A stretch of 64,000 nucleotides of DNA from an uncultured Candidatus Saccharibacteria bacterium (GTDB taxonomy: Bacteria > Patescibacteriota > Minisyncoccia > UBA6257 > 1-14-0-10-44-23). The DNA lies in assembly GCA_964549935.1 (NCBI GenBank), contig CAZJVT010000003.1, forward strand, positions 159,501-223,500, read 5' to 3'. Positions 19,400 to 27,433 of this stretch are shown here, one piece after another (the stretch's first letter is position 1; the number at the start of each line of letters is the position of its first letter). A model generated the notes under the pieces. That model was not told where the DNA came from and ran no database searches. It worked only from the letters and a program-made list of their open reading frames with translations. The position numbers and the translations under genes are program-made.

Positions 19400-19456
19400 T
19401 CCATGCGCTGTGGCGCGGGCGCGATCCCATAAGGGCGCGCAGGCGAGGGGAGGGAA
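19400..19456 (+). pseudogene. Remnant of HNH gene 3' end (direct repeat copy B); reading frame destroyed after HALWRGRDP
   Basis: Sequence identity to 14944-15017. Confidence 0.45.
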
Positions 19457-19508
19457 ACACGTCCGCTCGAGGATCGCCGCGGCCGCTGCCTTCTTCCAGC
19501 GCCTTCGG

Positions 19509-20945
19509 TCACGACGGGAGCCGCCAGCCGCCGGGCTTGTCCTCGAAGCCGAGCACGTCGACCTCGATGCCGAAGCCGAAGGCGTCGTTGAGCAGCTCCA
19601 CCTGGCGTCCGATCGCCGACATGACCCTCAAGGCGACGGGGCCGTATTTCGGCTTGGCGCTTCGCACCTTCTCGGCGACGCCGAGGATCATGGCCGCCGC
19701 CACCCGGAGCCGGCCGAGGATGACGGAGGGGCGGATCCCCATCCGGTTTGCGGCGCGCTCGATCGCCTGCATGTCCAGGTCCTCGAAGCCCTGGTCGTCC
19801 TGGCCCTCCTCGGCGCCGAAGGTGAGCGCCATGCGCTGGCGGTACTGCGGGTAGAGCGCGATCGAAAGCACGTCGTAGAGCGGCGCCAGTCCGGCACGGA
19901 ACGCCCGCCCGTGCAGGAGCGCGTAGTTCTTGGCGTGCGCATCGGCATTGGCGACGAGGAAGTTGAAGATCATCGCGTCCAGCAGGTTGATGCGGAAGAG
20001 CGCGAAGGCGTCGACCTTCTCGAGGGCGAGGAGGTCATCGGCCCGCGGTCCGCCGCGATGGGTGTACTTGCGATCGGACGTGAAGCCGAGCGCCTGGCAG
20101 AAATCCTCCTGGTGGACGCGCCTGACGATGCAGGGACCGGAGATGCCGGCCGCGGCGGGCATGATCGCCCCACGGGGGGATCGTGCAGGCAGGAGACCTT
20201 CGATCTCGCGATCGTATCGAGGCACGACGAGGACCTCGCGGCCCGGCGCGAGCTCGACGATCCGCGGCTCGACGGCATCGAGGCCCATCGCCCGGGCGAG
20301 GTCCAGGCAGAAGGATTCGTTCGCGACCATGCCGGCGAAGGCGGGATCGGGAAGCTTGGCGATATGCGTCGAGGGCGCGCCGCCGCGGGCGCGATGGAAG
20401 CGGCCGTCGGCATCCATGACCACGGCGGCCTTGCCCTGGACGCCCGCGAGCGAGAACTCCTGCCCCTCGCCGGCGGCTCTCGTCCGGTCGATGCCTTTCT
20501 CCATCTGGTCGAGGAGATCGGCGGGGTCGAGGACGTCGTAGTCTTGAGGGAATTCGCCCGGCGTCTTCGCCGGATGCTCTCCGGCGGGCACGATCGAGAC
20601 GGCTCCCGGGCAGTCGCGGCCGACATGCTCGAGGATGCCCATGAGGTCGCGCTCGTCGAGTCCGAGCTGGAGCGCCAGGACCGACAGCCGCTTTCCTTCG
20701 GGCAGGAGGTTCTCGAAGAAGGGGAGGACGTCGCGCGGCCCGTAGACGCGGTTCTGCACCGGCAGCGAGATCGAGAGCGCGGCGCGCGGATAGCTGCCTA
20801 CATAGGCCGGGTCGTAGGCGAAGGTGGTCTCGAGGCCGGTATGCACGAGCCGGCCGGCGACGCCGGTCTGCCCGTCGAGGAAGACGTCGAGGGCGAGCTT
20901 CCGGTCGGACGAGGCTATGGCCTTGCCGGGCAGGCCGCCGGTCAT
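19509..20945 (-). CDS. hipA: HipA-family kinase toxin, second copy (478 aa)
   Basis: FSLAGVQGKA and LVANADAHAKNYAL motifs. Confidence 0.85.
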   Translation of the reverse strand: MTGGLPGKAIASSDRKLALDVFLDGQTGVAGRLVHTGLETTFAYDPAYVGSYPRAALSISLPVQNRVYGPRDVLPFFENLLPEGKRLSVLALQLGLDERDLMGILEHVGRDCPGAVSIVPAGEHPAKTPGEFPQDYDVLDPADLLDQMEKGIDRTRAAGEGQEFSLAGVQGKAAVVMDADGRFHRARGGAPSTHIAKLPDPAFAGMVANESFCLDLARAMGLDAVEPRIVELAPGREVLVVPRYDREIEGLLPARSPRGAIMPAAAGISGPCIVRRVHQEDFCQALGFTSDRKYTHRGGPRADDLLALEKVDAFALFRINLLDAMIFNFLVANADAHAKNYALLHGRAFRAGLAPLYDVLSIALYPQYRQRMALTFGAEEGQDDQGFEDLDMQAIERAANRMGIRPSVILGRLRVAAAMILGVAEKVRSAKPKYGPVALRVMSAIGRQVELLNDAFGFGIEVDVLGFEDKPGGWRLPS

Positions 20946-21289
20946 GACGCGCGTCCTCTCAGAGAGCTGCGGGCGCTTCGGAAGGCGCCGGCCGGCTTGC
21001 CGACGCGATGGCGCCGGCGGACGCCGGCATCGGGCTCGGCGAGGATCTCGTCCGCTTTCCGCAGCGTCTCCTCGGTGACGTCGAAGCGGAGCCGGATCCC
21101 GAGCGCGGCCAGGACATGGATGGCCTTGCCCAGGGCCGCCGTCGGCTTGCCTGCCTCCAGCTCGACCAGGAATCGCGTCCCGACATCGGCGAGGCCCGCG
21201 AGCTCGTGCTGGGCGAGGCCCTGGCGGAGCCGCTCCGCGGCAATCAGGGCGCCGATGGCGCGGGGAGATTGGAGACTGAAATCGGGCAT
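20942..21289 (-). CDS. hipB: HipB-like XRE HTH antitoxin, second copy
   Basis: HTH LAQHELAGLADVGTRFLVELE; ATGA overlap with hipA2. Confidence 0.8.
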   Translation of the reverse strand: MPDFSLQSPRAIGALIAAERLRQGLAQHELAGLADVGTRFLVELEAGKPTAALGKAIHVLAALGIRLRFDVTEETLRKADEILAEPDAGVRRRHRVGKPAGAFRSARSSLRGRAS

Positions 21290-21295
21290 GATGAA

Positions 21296-21449
21296 TTCCC
21301 GAGCGGGAATATATGATCGAGTTACATCGACGTCAATGGTGATAAGTTCCCGCTTGGGATTTTATCAAAGAGGAGTGATGGATTGGAGGGTATAAAATAC
21401 CGAGCGGGAATATATAAGGTGATTATGGTCAATTATCCCGCTGACCATA
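21296..21449. promoter_or_regulatory. Candidate hipB2A2 operator/promoter region. IR TTCCCG-AG-CGGGAA at 21296-21309. A 15-bp exact direct repeat CGAGCGGGAATATAT at 21300-21314 and 21401-21415. IR TCCCGCTTGGGA at 21348-21359. IR TTATGGTCA-N9-TGACCATAA at 21423-21449.
   Basis: Read directly; AT-rich relative to surroundings. Confidence 0.45.
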
Positions 21450-21479
21450 ATTTATCCCGCGGACCATGATGCGCCCCAT

Positions 21480-21941
21480 CTAGAACGACCGGATGGAGCG
21501 GGTGACGACCCCCCAGATCTCGAACCTACGCTCTTCGGTGATCTCGATGTCGGCATAATGCGGGTTCTCGGCGCGGAGGATCAGGCGACCGCCGGATCTC
21601 ACCAGGCGCTTGAGAACGAACTCCCCGTCGAGCACGGCGATGCAGATCGCCCCGTTCACGGGCCGCCTTGCCCGGTTGACCACGACGAGATCTCCATCGA
21701 ACAGGCCAGCTCCCTCCATGCTGTCGCCCTTGATGCGCGCGACGAAGGTCGCGGCGGCGTCCTCGATCAGGAGCTCGTTGAAGTCGATCGGCGCCGCGGT
21801 GAAGTCCTCTGCCGGGGACGGGAACCCGGCTGGAGCCGGAACCAGGAGGAGGGGGATCGCGGCAGGTCTCGAAGCGACGCATGGCGAGAACCCAGCTGAC
21901 GCCAAGTCGCCGATATGCGATTCGGGGATATTGTTCAGCAT
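21480..21941 (-). CDS. umuD: UmuD-like S24 LexA-type autopeptidase (error-prone polymerase accessory subunit); no umuC adjacent
   Basis: GDSMEG (Ser nucleophile) and VLKRL (Lys) motifs. Start MLNNIPE at rc 21939-21941. Confidence 0.8.
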   Translation of the reverse strand: MLNNIPESHIGDLASAGFSPCVASRPAAIPLLLVPAPAGFPSPAEDFTAAPIDFNELLIEDAAATFVARIKGDSMEGAGLFDGDLVVVNRARRPVNGAICIAVLDGEFVLKRLVRSGGRLILRAENPHYADIEITEERRFEIWGVVTRSIRSF

Positions 21942-21947
21942 TTGTTC
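21933..21947. promoter_or_regulatory. Alphaproteobacterial-type LexA box GTTCagcatttGTTC overlapping the umuD start codon
   Basis: Perfect GTTC-N7-GTTC direct repeat read directly. Confidence 0.6.
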
Positions 21948-22046
21948 CGATGATAGGGTGACGGCGCGTCCCTTCGTCAAGCTGCTTTCCGGCGCGTTTC
22001 GGCGCGCGGAACGCGATCGCAGGCAGAGACACGCGAGGAGAGCCCT

Positions 22047-22730
22047 GTGACCGTCCTGGCGCGGCCCGATTTCAGGATCCTGCCGAACGGATACCTGCGC
22101 GACCTCGTCGCGCGACACCGCCGGGAACGCGCCGGCTACGTGGCCGTCGATCTCTACGAGGTCGTCTATGACGTGCCGGTTCTAGGATGGGCGGCGACTC
22201 GCGATGCGGCGCTCCTGGCCGCGCTCGAGCTCCGGCCCGATCGCCGCAATGTCGGTGTCTTCGCCTGCCGGCCCGAGCTCAAGGCGCAGATAGAGGCCGC
22301 GGGCTATGACTTCCAGACGACGAGCATCATGGCGCAGATCGCCGACGGCATCGCCTACGACGTTTCGGAGCTTTACCCGCCGCATGCCGCGCTCGAGTGG
22401 GCGGGCGACGTGGCGTCGTCGAACCGGCGCCTCGAAACGGGCGAAACGGACTGGCCAGCCATGCGGGACCTGCTTGTCCGCATGGGGCTCGCGCACCTCA
22501 GGGGCAGCATGATGGTCGACCTTGCGGAAAGCGGAATGATCGGGTGGACGGAAGAGGCGCCACTTCGGGGGATGGGCATTGCCAGCGCAGGCGGCCTGGC
22601 CCCCTTGTCCTCGCTACTCTTGCAGGCCGAGCGCGAGACGGCAGCAAACCTGAACGCATGGGAAATCGAGACGCAGGTCGGCAATTTTCTCGATGGTCGG
22701 GCCGAGAGCGCCTGGCTCAGGCGCGCCTGA
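22047..22730 (+). CDS. Hypothetical protein (227 aa), divergent from umuD and sharing the LexA-box intergenic region
   Basis: ORF track (GTG start). Confidence 0.5.
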   Translation: MTVLARPDFRILPNGYLRDLVARHRRERAGYVAVDLYEVVYDVPVLGWAATRDAALLAALELRPDRRNVGVFACRPELKAQIEAAGYDFQTTSIMAQIADGIAYDVSELYPPHAALEWAGDVASSNRRLETGETDWPAMRDLLVRMGLAHLRGSMMVDLAESGMIGWTEEAPLRGMGIASAGGLAPLSSLLLQAERETAANLNAWEIETQVGNFLDGRAESAWLRRA

Positions 22731-22817
22731 CGGCTTGTGGCCTGGACACCCCTCCCCTAGGCTGATTTCGTCAGGTTTCGGGGGCGCAGATCACCAAGCG
22801 AGCAGCCGGCTGTTCAT

Positions 22818-22855
22818 CCCATATGGCGCGCCATATGTCGCGACGCGCCATATGG
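22818..22855. repeat. Compound palindrome CCATATGGCGCGCCATATG-TCGCGA-CGCGCCATATGG (three CATATG half-sites). It contains the same ATGGCGCGCCAT core as the parA-proximal repeats.
   Basis: Read directly, between convergent genes. Confidence 0.5.
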
Positions 22856-22858
22856 GTC

Positions 22859-23371
22859 TCAGGCCATCGCCATTTCCTGCCGGGACCGCGGCGGAGGCGC
22901 CAGGTCGCCGAGACGATCCCGGGCATCGCGCATGAGTTCCGGCCTGACCTCGTCGAGATAGGCCATCATGTCGGCCGGGGATACCCAGCATTCGTGCCAT
23001 CGGCCCGGCGTGCCGGCGCAGATGTGCCAGCGTCCGGCATCGCCGCCGCTTCCGTCGGTGACGGCCTTGAACAGGGTCTTGAGGCAGTCCTCGTCGATCT
23101 GGAAGGCTTCGAAGCCGGTCGGTCCGCCGATGATGCGGAGGATCTCGTAGTCGCGGCAGCCGGCGATGGCGGGCTCCACTCGGATCTTGAGTTCGCGCTC
23201 GAAGCTGTCGATCACCGTCTTTCGGGAATCGCGGTAGGTCCAGTGGGACGCAATTGGCCGCTCGAGCCGCTCGAGCGCCGCCTCGGCGGCGAGGCGGCTG
23301 TCGTAGCGCGCCCGCTCCTCCGGGCTCATCGCGGCTATGCGATCGGCGAGCAACTTGGCGAAGTCGACCAT
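22859..23371 (-). CDS. Hypothetical protein (170 aa; start MVDFAKLL)
   Basis: Inner start of ORF 22859..23557 verified at rc 23369-23371. The upstream part of the ORF is low-complexity. Confidence 0.5.
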   Translation of the reverse strand: MVDFAKLLADRIAAMSPEERARYDSRLAAEAALERLERPIASHWTYRDSRKTVIDSFERELKIRVEPAIAGCRDYEILRIIGGPTGFEAFQIDEDCLKTLFKAVTDGSGGDAGRWHICAGTPGRWHECWVSPADMMAYLDEVRPELMRDARDRLGDLAPPPRSRQEMAMA

Positions 23372-23444
23372 CTGACACTCCGACTGAGAATGGCCATCGG
23401 ATGATACAGTGCCGAAGCGATAATACAAAGCCCGACGGGTCCTT

Positions 23445-24203
23445 GTGCCGGGCCATCGAGGCGCCATGAAGCCCCGGGACACCCCGAGTGCGGACGAGAC
23501 GATGGCGGTCCTCCTCTTTCTCCATGAAAGAGGTGGTTCGGTCGCGGAGAAGGGCATGCCTCGTCGCCTGTCCAGGATAGCGTTCGCCCTGTCCTATGGA
23601 GACCTGGTGCAATACCGGGGAGGCAATAGCTTCCGGCTCACGAAGAAGGGAGCCGAGGCTGCCGCCAGGGGCTCTCTCGAACCGGTGCCGGCCGAGCGGC
23701 CGAGGCGCCGTGGCAGGCCGCCGGGCGGCGGCAAGCCCAGGTCCGGCGACGCGGACTGGATGAAGCCGCAATCCAGCCGGTCGACCACCGACGTCGATCG
23801 CGTGGTGGGAAGCAATATCCGCGAGCTTCGTTCGGCTCGGGGCATGTCGCAGACGAGCCTCGGCGAGCTCCTTCACGGGATCACCTTCCAGCAGATCCAG
23901 AAATACGAACGGGGCGACAACCGCATCTCGGCGACGAGGCTATGGCAGCTCGCGAAGGTCTTCGGCATCGACGTCGAGATGCTCTTCGCAGGTCTGGAGC
24001 CCGGCGAGACGGCAATAGACGAGGAGATGCTGACGATCATGGAGAACGCCGAGACGAAAGAGCTCGCGACGAACTTCCATAGGCTGGACCCGATGACGAG
24101 GGGATGCATCCGGAACCTCGTTCGGGAGCTTGGACCTCCTGAAAGGAAAACGAGACGGGCCAGGCGCGGCCGCAGGAGGGCGGATCTGGCGCTGCAGGAC
24201 TAG
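23445..24203 (+). CDS. XRE-family HTH transcriptional regulator (HTH in C-terminal half)
   Basis: VGSNIRELRSARGMSQTSLGELLHGITFQQIQKYERGDNRISATRLWQLAKVFGIDVEMLF. Confidence 0.75.
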   Translation: MPGHRGAMKPRDTPSADETMAVLLFLHERGGSVAEKGMPRRLSRIAFALSYGDLVQYRGGNSFRLTKKGAEAAARGSLEPVPAERPRRRGRPPGGGKPRSGDADWMKPQSSRSTTDVDRVVGSNIRELRSARGMSQTSLGELLHGITFQQIQKYERGDNRISATRLWQLAKVFGIDVEMLFAGLEPGETAIDEEMLTIMENAETKELATNFHRLDPMTRGCIRNLVRELGPPERKTRRARRGRRRADLALQD

Positions 24204-24291
24204 GAGCATCCGGAATCGAGGTAACGGCTCGCTTCCAAGGGGGTGTTTAATCCTGTAGGCTAGGTACCAAAGGCAAATCGAGGAGCCGGCC

Positions 24292-24867
24292 ATGGACGGA
24301 GGCGTCGGGATTCCGCGGCGGATGACGGAAGGCGCGATGCCTGAGGTCGGCTCAAGTCCTCTTCGGATTGGACTGCTGCTCGAGGAAGCGGACCGTCCCG
24401 TGGTCGGCTTGCTCGCGGCTGCGGCCTGGGTGTCGTCGGCCGGCCTCGGCTATCGTACCGTCAACGATCCCGAAACCACCGGCTGCACCGCCATCATGGG
24501 GAGGAAGCCATACGAAGACCTGGATCGGGCCGTGTACGAGGCCGCACTCCACCAGGTCGCGTTCATGACGGAAAAGGTCCGATCGGCACTCGAGGTCGAG
24601 CCATTCAGGGAGGCTTTCGACCGTCTCGTCGAGGTTGCGCGTTCAGCCTGCAGCGAAAGCGGCCTTCATGCCAGTCGCTTCGCAGAAGCCCTCAGGATCA
24701 AGGCGGAGACACATCGGGCCCTCTACGAAGCGGTGACCTCCGTCGGCTTCTTCCTTCCGGCGCCGGTGCGCGAGGCCGCCTGGATGGGAAATGCACAGGC
24801 AGCACTGCTCGAAGCGCTGGAGCCAAGGCCGGAATCGGCCGCCCGGGCTCCGGGTCTCGTCCCATGA
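24292..24867 (+). CDS. Hypothetical protein
   Basis: ORF track. Confidence 0.45.
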   Translation: MDGGVGIPRRMTEGAMPEVGSSPLRIGLLLEEADRPVVGLLAAAAWVSSAGLGYRTVNDPETTGCTAIMGRKPYEDLDRAVYEAALHQVAFMTEKVRSALEVEPFREAFDRLVEVARSACSESGLHASRFAEALRIKAETHRALYEAVTSVGFFLPAPVREAAWMGNAQAALLEALEPRPESAARAPGLVP

Positions 24868-25100
24868 CGATCGACGAGGCCGTCTCCTTCGCCTACTGGG
24901 ACGCCAAGAAGAAGGGGCGCCTCGAGCACGAGGCGATCGAAGCCGCGGTGAAGGTCATCGAGGAGCGCAGCCCGACCACCCCCTTGCCCTACGTCGAGGC
25001 GTTGAGGATCGTCGACTCGGTGGATCCGCCGCCGATCGAGATCGTCGCCCATGCGGACAAGCCGGTCAGCAAGGAGATCCTCGTCGAGCCGGCGACCTAG
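24864..25100 (+). CDS. Small hypothetical protein (78 aa), ATGA-coupled to upstream gene
   Basis: ORF track. Confidence 0.4.
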   Translation: MTIDEAVSFAYWDAKKKGRLEHEAIEAAVKVIEERSPTTPLPYVEALRIVDSVDPPPIEIVAHADKPVSKEILVEPAT

Positions 25101-25115
25101 AAGGAGAGGCGCAGC

Positions 25116-25760
25116 TCAAGCCATCGCTGGCTGCTTGCCGTAGCTGTTGTCGATCATCGCCTCGATGTCGGCGTCCGACATGGGCTCTTCATTGGCCGCC
25201 GCAGGGAGCGGCCGGGTGATTGCGCCGGCGTACTTGTTGGTGAGCTTCGACCATTCCGGCAGGACCGTGTCCATCCCGACGATGCTCTTCTTGGGCTCCT
25301 TGAGAGGCGGCCCGATATAATCGCCCTGCCGCACGATCTCACGGGTCTTGCCCATGGCGTCGACCATGGCGTCGATGACGACGCTGGTCGAGAAGGGCTT
25401 CACGAGCGTCCTGTCCACGCCGGCAAGGCGTGCATGGAAAACGGCTTCCGGGGTCGAGCTTCCGGTAATGCCGATGACTTTCATGCCTTCGCGTCCGCGC
25501 AGGTTGCGCCTGACATGGCGGATTACCTGGAACCCGTTCATCGGCGTCATGAAGAGGTCGGTGATCAGAAGGTCGATGTCTTGGCGCTGCCCCAGGATCT
25601 CGATGGCCTGCTCCCCGTTCTGGGCCTCGTACACCGTGCCGACTTCGGCTTGCCGCACGATCTGGCAAAGGAGCCGGCGGATATAGCTCTGGTCGTCGAC
25701 GACCAGGACCCCCATCGGGCGCGTCTCTTTGGTAAACGAGCGAAGGCGGCCGTCGGTCAT
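25116..25760 (-). CDS. Response regulator with N-terminal CheY-like receiver and uncharacterised C-terminal domain; divergent from the pilus operon
   Basis: VLVVDDQSYIRRL ... DLLITDLFMTPMNGFQV ... KVIGITG; start MTDGRL (or MGVLVV at 25715). Confidence 0.8.
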   Translation of the reverse strand: MTDGRLRSFTKETRPMGVLVVDDQSYIRRLLCQIVRQAEVGTVYEAQNGEQAIEILGQRQDIDLLITDLFMTPMNGFQVIRHVRRNLRGREGMKVIGITGSSTPEAVFHARLAGVDRTLVKPFSTSVVIDAMVDAMGKTREIVRQGDYIGPPLKEPKKSIVGMDTVLPEWSKLTNKYAGAITRPLPAAANEEPMSDADIEAMIDNSYGKQPAMA

Positions 25761-25935
25761 GGTGCCGGTGCAGGTAGTGTGCCGGCGATCACTATAAGCG
25801 TGTAGGCCGCACAGTGTCCACAGAAAGAGCACGATAGGAGAACATCGCCGATCCGGCATGATTTGACCCGAGAAATCAAAGGACTGGAACCTAATTGCCA
25901 TTATCGAGTGTCAGCATGATGTATAGAGAACAGGC

Positions 25936-25965
25936 TTGACGTAAATGCGGGGCCGGCTGGATAAT
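25936..25965 (+). promoter_or_regulatory. Sigma70-like promoter TTGACG-N18-GATAAT upstream of the pilus operon. An IR CCCGCT ... AGCGGG lies at 25980-26002 in the leader.
   Basis: Read directly. Confidence 0.4.
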
Positions 25966-26038
25966 CATTGGGTACGCATCCCGCTTTCATTCTAGGAGCG
26001 GGAAGGTCCGTCGTCAGGGAAGGCAGGATCCTCAGGAC

Positions 26039-27433
26039 ATGAACAAGACCCAGCACGTCCTCCTCGGCGTAGCTCTCGCCGGCATCCTTCTCGGAAGCGG
26101 CTGCACCTCCCTCGGCCTGCCGCGGGAGGCGACGAAGCCCGCGCCGGTGACCTCGGTGAGCGACGCCACCCCGCCTGGGCCCGACAAGACGATCGGAATG
26201 GACCAGACGGCCCTCGTCGACCTCCAGCTCCCGCCTGCCTCCCTCGTTCCCAGGCCCGTCGAGCCCTCGGACAGGGTGCCGGACATCGACGTCCGGAACT
26301 TCAGCGCCTCCGAGGCGAGCTTGATCGAGGCTCTCCAGCTGCTCCTCGGCCGGACCGGCATCCCCGTGACGGTCGAGACCGGTCTCGACACCACGCGCAT
26401 CTCCGCGTTCGGGCTGTCGGGGAAGCTCTCGGACGTTCTCGACCGGCTTTCCGAAGGGGCAGGCGTCTTCTGGCGCTACCGCAACGGCTCTCTTGTCGTC
26501 TCCGGCGATCGGCCCTTCACCGTCGAGATCCCGCCGGTGATGGGCGACGTGGCCGCCGAGGAGATCGTCCGCGGAATCGAAAGCATGGGCGCGCTCCGCG
26601 TTCGCCTCGACCGGACCGCGAGCCTCATCAGCTATCGCGCCGAGCGTCGTGTCCACGACGTCGTCGTCGACTATCTCGAGAAAATCCGGAAATCCAAGTC
26701 GTTGATCGTGTTCCAGGCTTGGCTCCTGGAGGTCACCCTCAACGACCAGCGCCAGCTCGGCATCAACTGGAACGAGCTCGGCTGGAAGTCGGGCGGCGTG
26801 GCCCTCAGCCTGGCCGGGGGCAGCTCCGTCGTCGGCGGCACCACCTTCGGGGCCGTCTATGGCGGCAACCGCTTCTCCATCGACGGCCTGGTCAGCTTCC
26901 TGCAGACGCAGGGCACTCTTTCGACAGTGTCGAAGCCGTCACTCACCATGATCTCGGGCGGCAAGGCCAAGTTCGAGGTCGGCTCGATCGCCCGCTACGT
27001 CAGCAAGGCCGGTTCCAGCACGACGGGATCGACGGTCACCGGAACGACGGAGACCGAGTCCCTCAAGGTCGGCCTGCAGATGGCCATGACCGGCGACTAC
27101 AGCCAGGGCACGGTCTTCTTCAAGGTGGGCCTCGAGATCTCGGACATCACCCGCTTCGATCAGTACGAAGCCTTCGGGCAGCAGCTGAAGCTCCCCCAGA
27201 CGACCAATCGCCTCCTCGAGACGACGGACCGGGCCCGCCCGGGCGACGTGATCCTCCTCGGCGGCATCGTCAGCACACGCGACCAGGTCGACCGGGACGG
27301 CGTCCCGAGCGGCCTTGGGTTCCTTTTTCCCAGGCTCTTCAACGACCAGACCCAGCGTACCGAGCTGGTCGTCGTCTTGATGCCGAAGGTCATCCGTTTC
27401 GTGGACGCCGCGTCCCAGGAGGCCGCACGATGA
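26039..27433 (+). CDS. Lipoprotein secretin of the type IV pilus/T2SS family (BfpB/PilN(R64)/TcpC-like)
   Basis: Lipobox LLGSGC. Secretin C-domain blocks: LIVFQAWLLEVTLND, PSLTMISGGKAKFEVG, VILLGGIVSTRDQVDRDGVPSGLGFLFP. Confidence 0.9.
   Translation: MNKTQHVLLGVALAGILLGSGCTSLGLPREATKPAPVTSVSDATPPGPDKTIGMDQTALVDLQLPPASLVPRPVEPSDRVPDIDVRNFSASEASLIEALQLLLGRTGIPVTVETGLDTTRISAFGLSGKLSDVLDRLSEGAGVFWRYRNGSLVVSGDRPFTVEIPPVMGDVAAEEIVRGIESMGALRVRLDRTASLISYRAERRVHDVVVDYLEKIRKSKSLIVFQAWLLEVTLNDQRQLGINWNELGWKSGGVALSLAGGSSVVGGTTFGAVYGGNRFSIDGLVSFLQTQGTLSTVSKPSLTMISGGKAKFEVGSIARYVSKAGSSTTGSTVTGTTETESLKVGLQMAMTGDYSQGTVFFKVGLEISDITRFDQYEAFGQQLKLPQTTNRLLETTDRARPGDVILLGGIVSTRDQVDRDGVPSGLGFLFPRLFNDQTQRTELVVVLMPKVIRFVDAASQEAAR

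Noticed and set aside
19410-21395. 661-aa + strand ORF
   Set aside because: Antisense to hipA2/hipB2; Arg/Gly/Glu-rich; no motifs.
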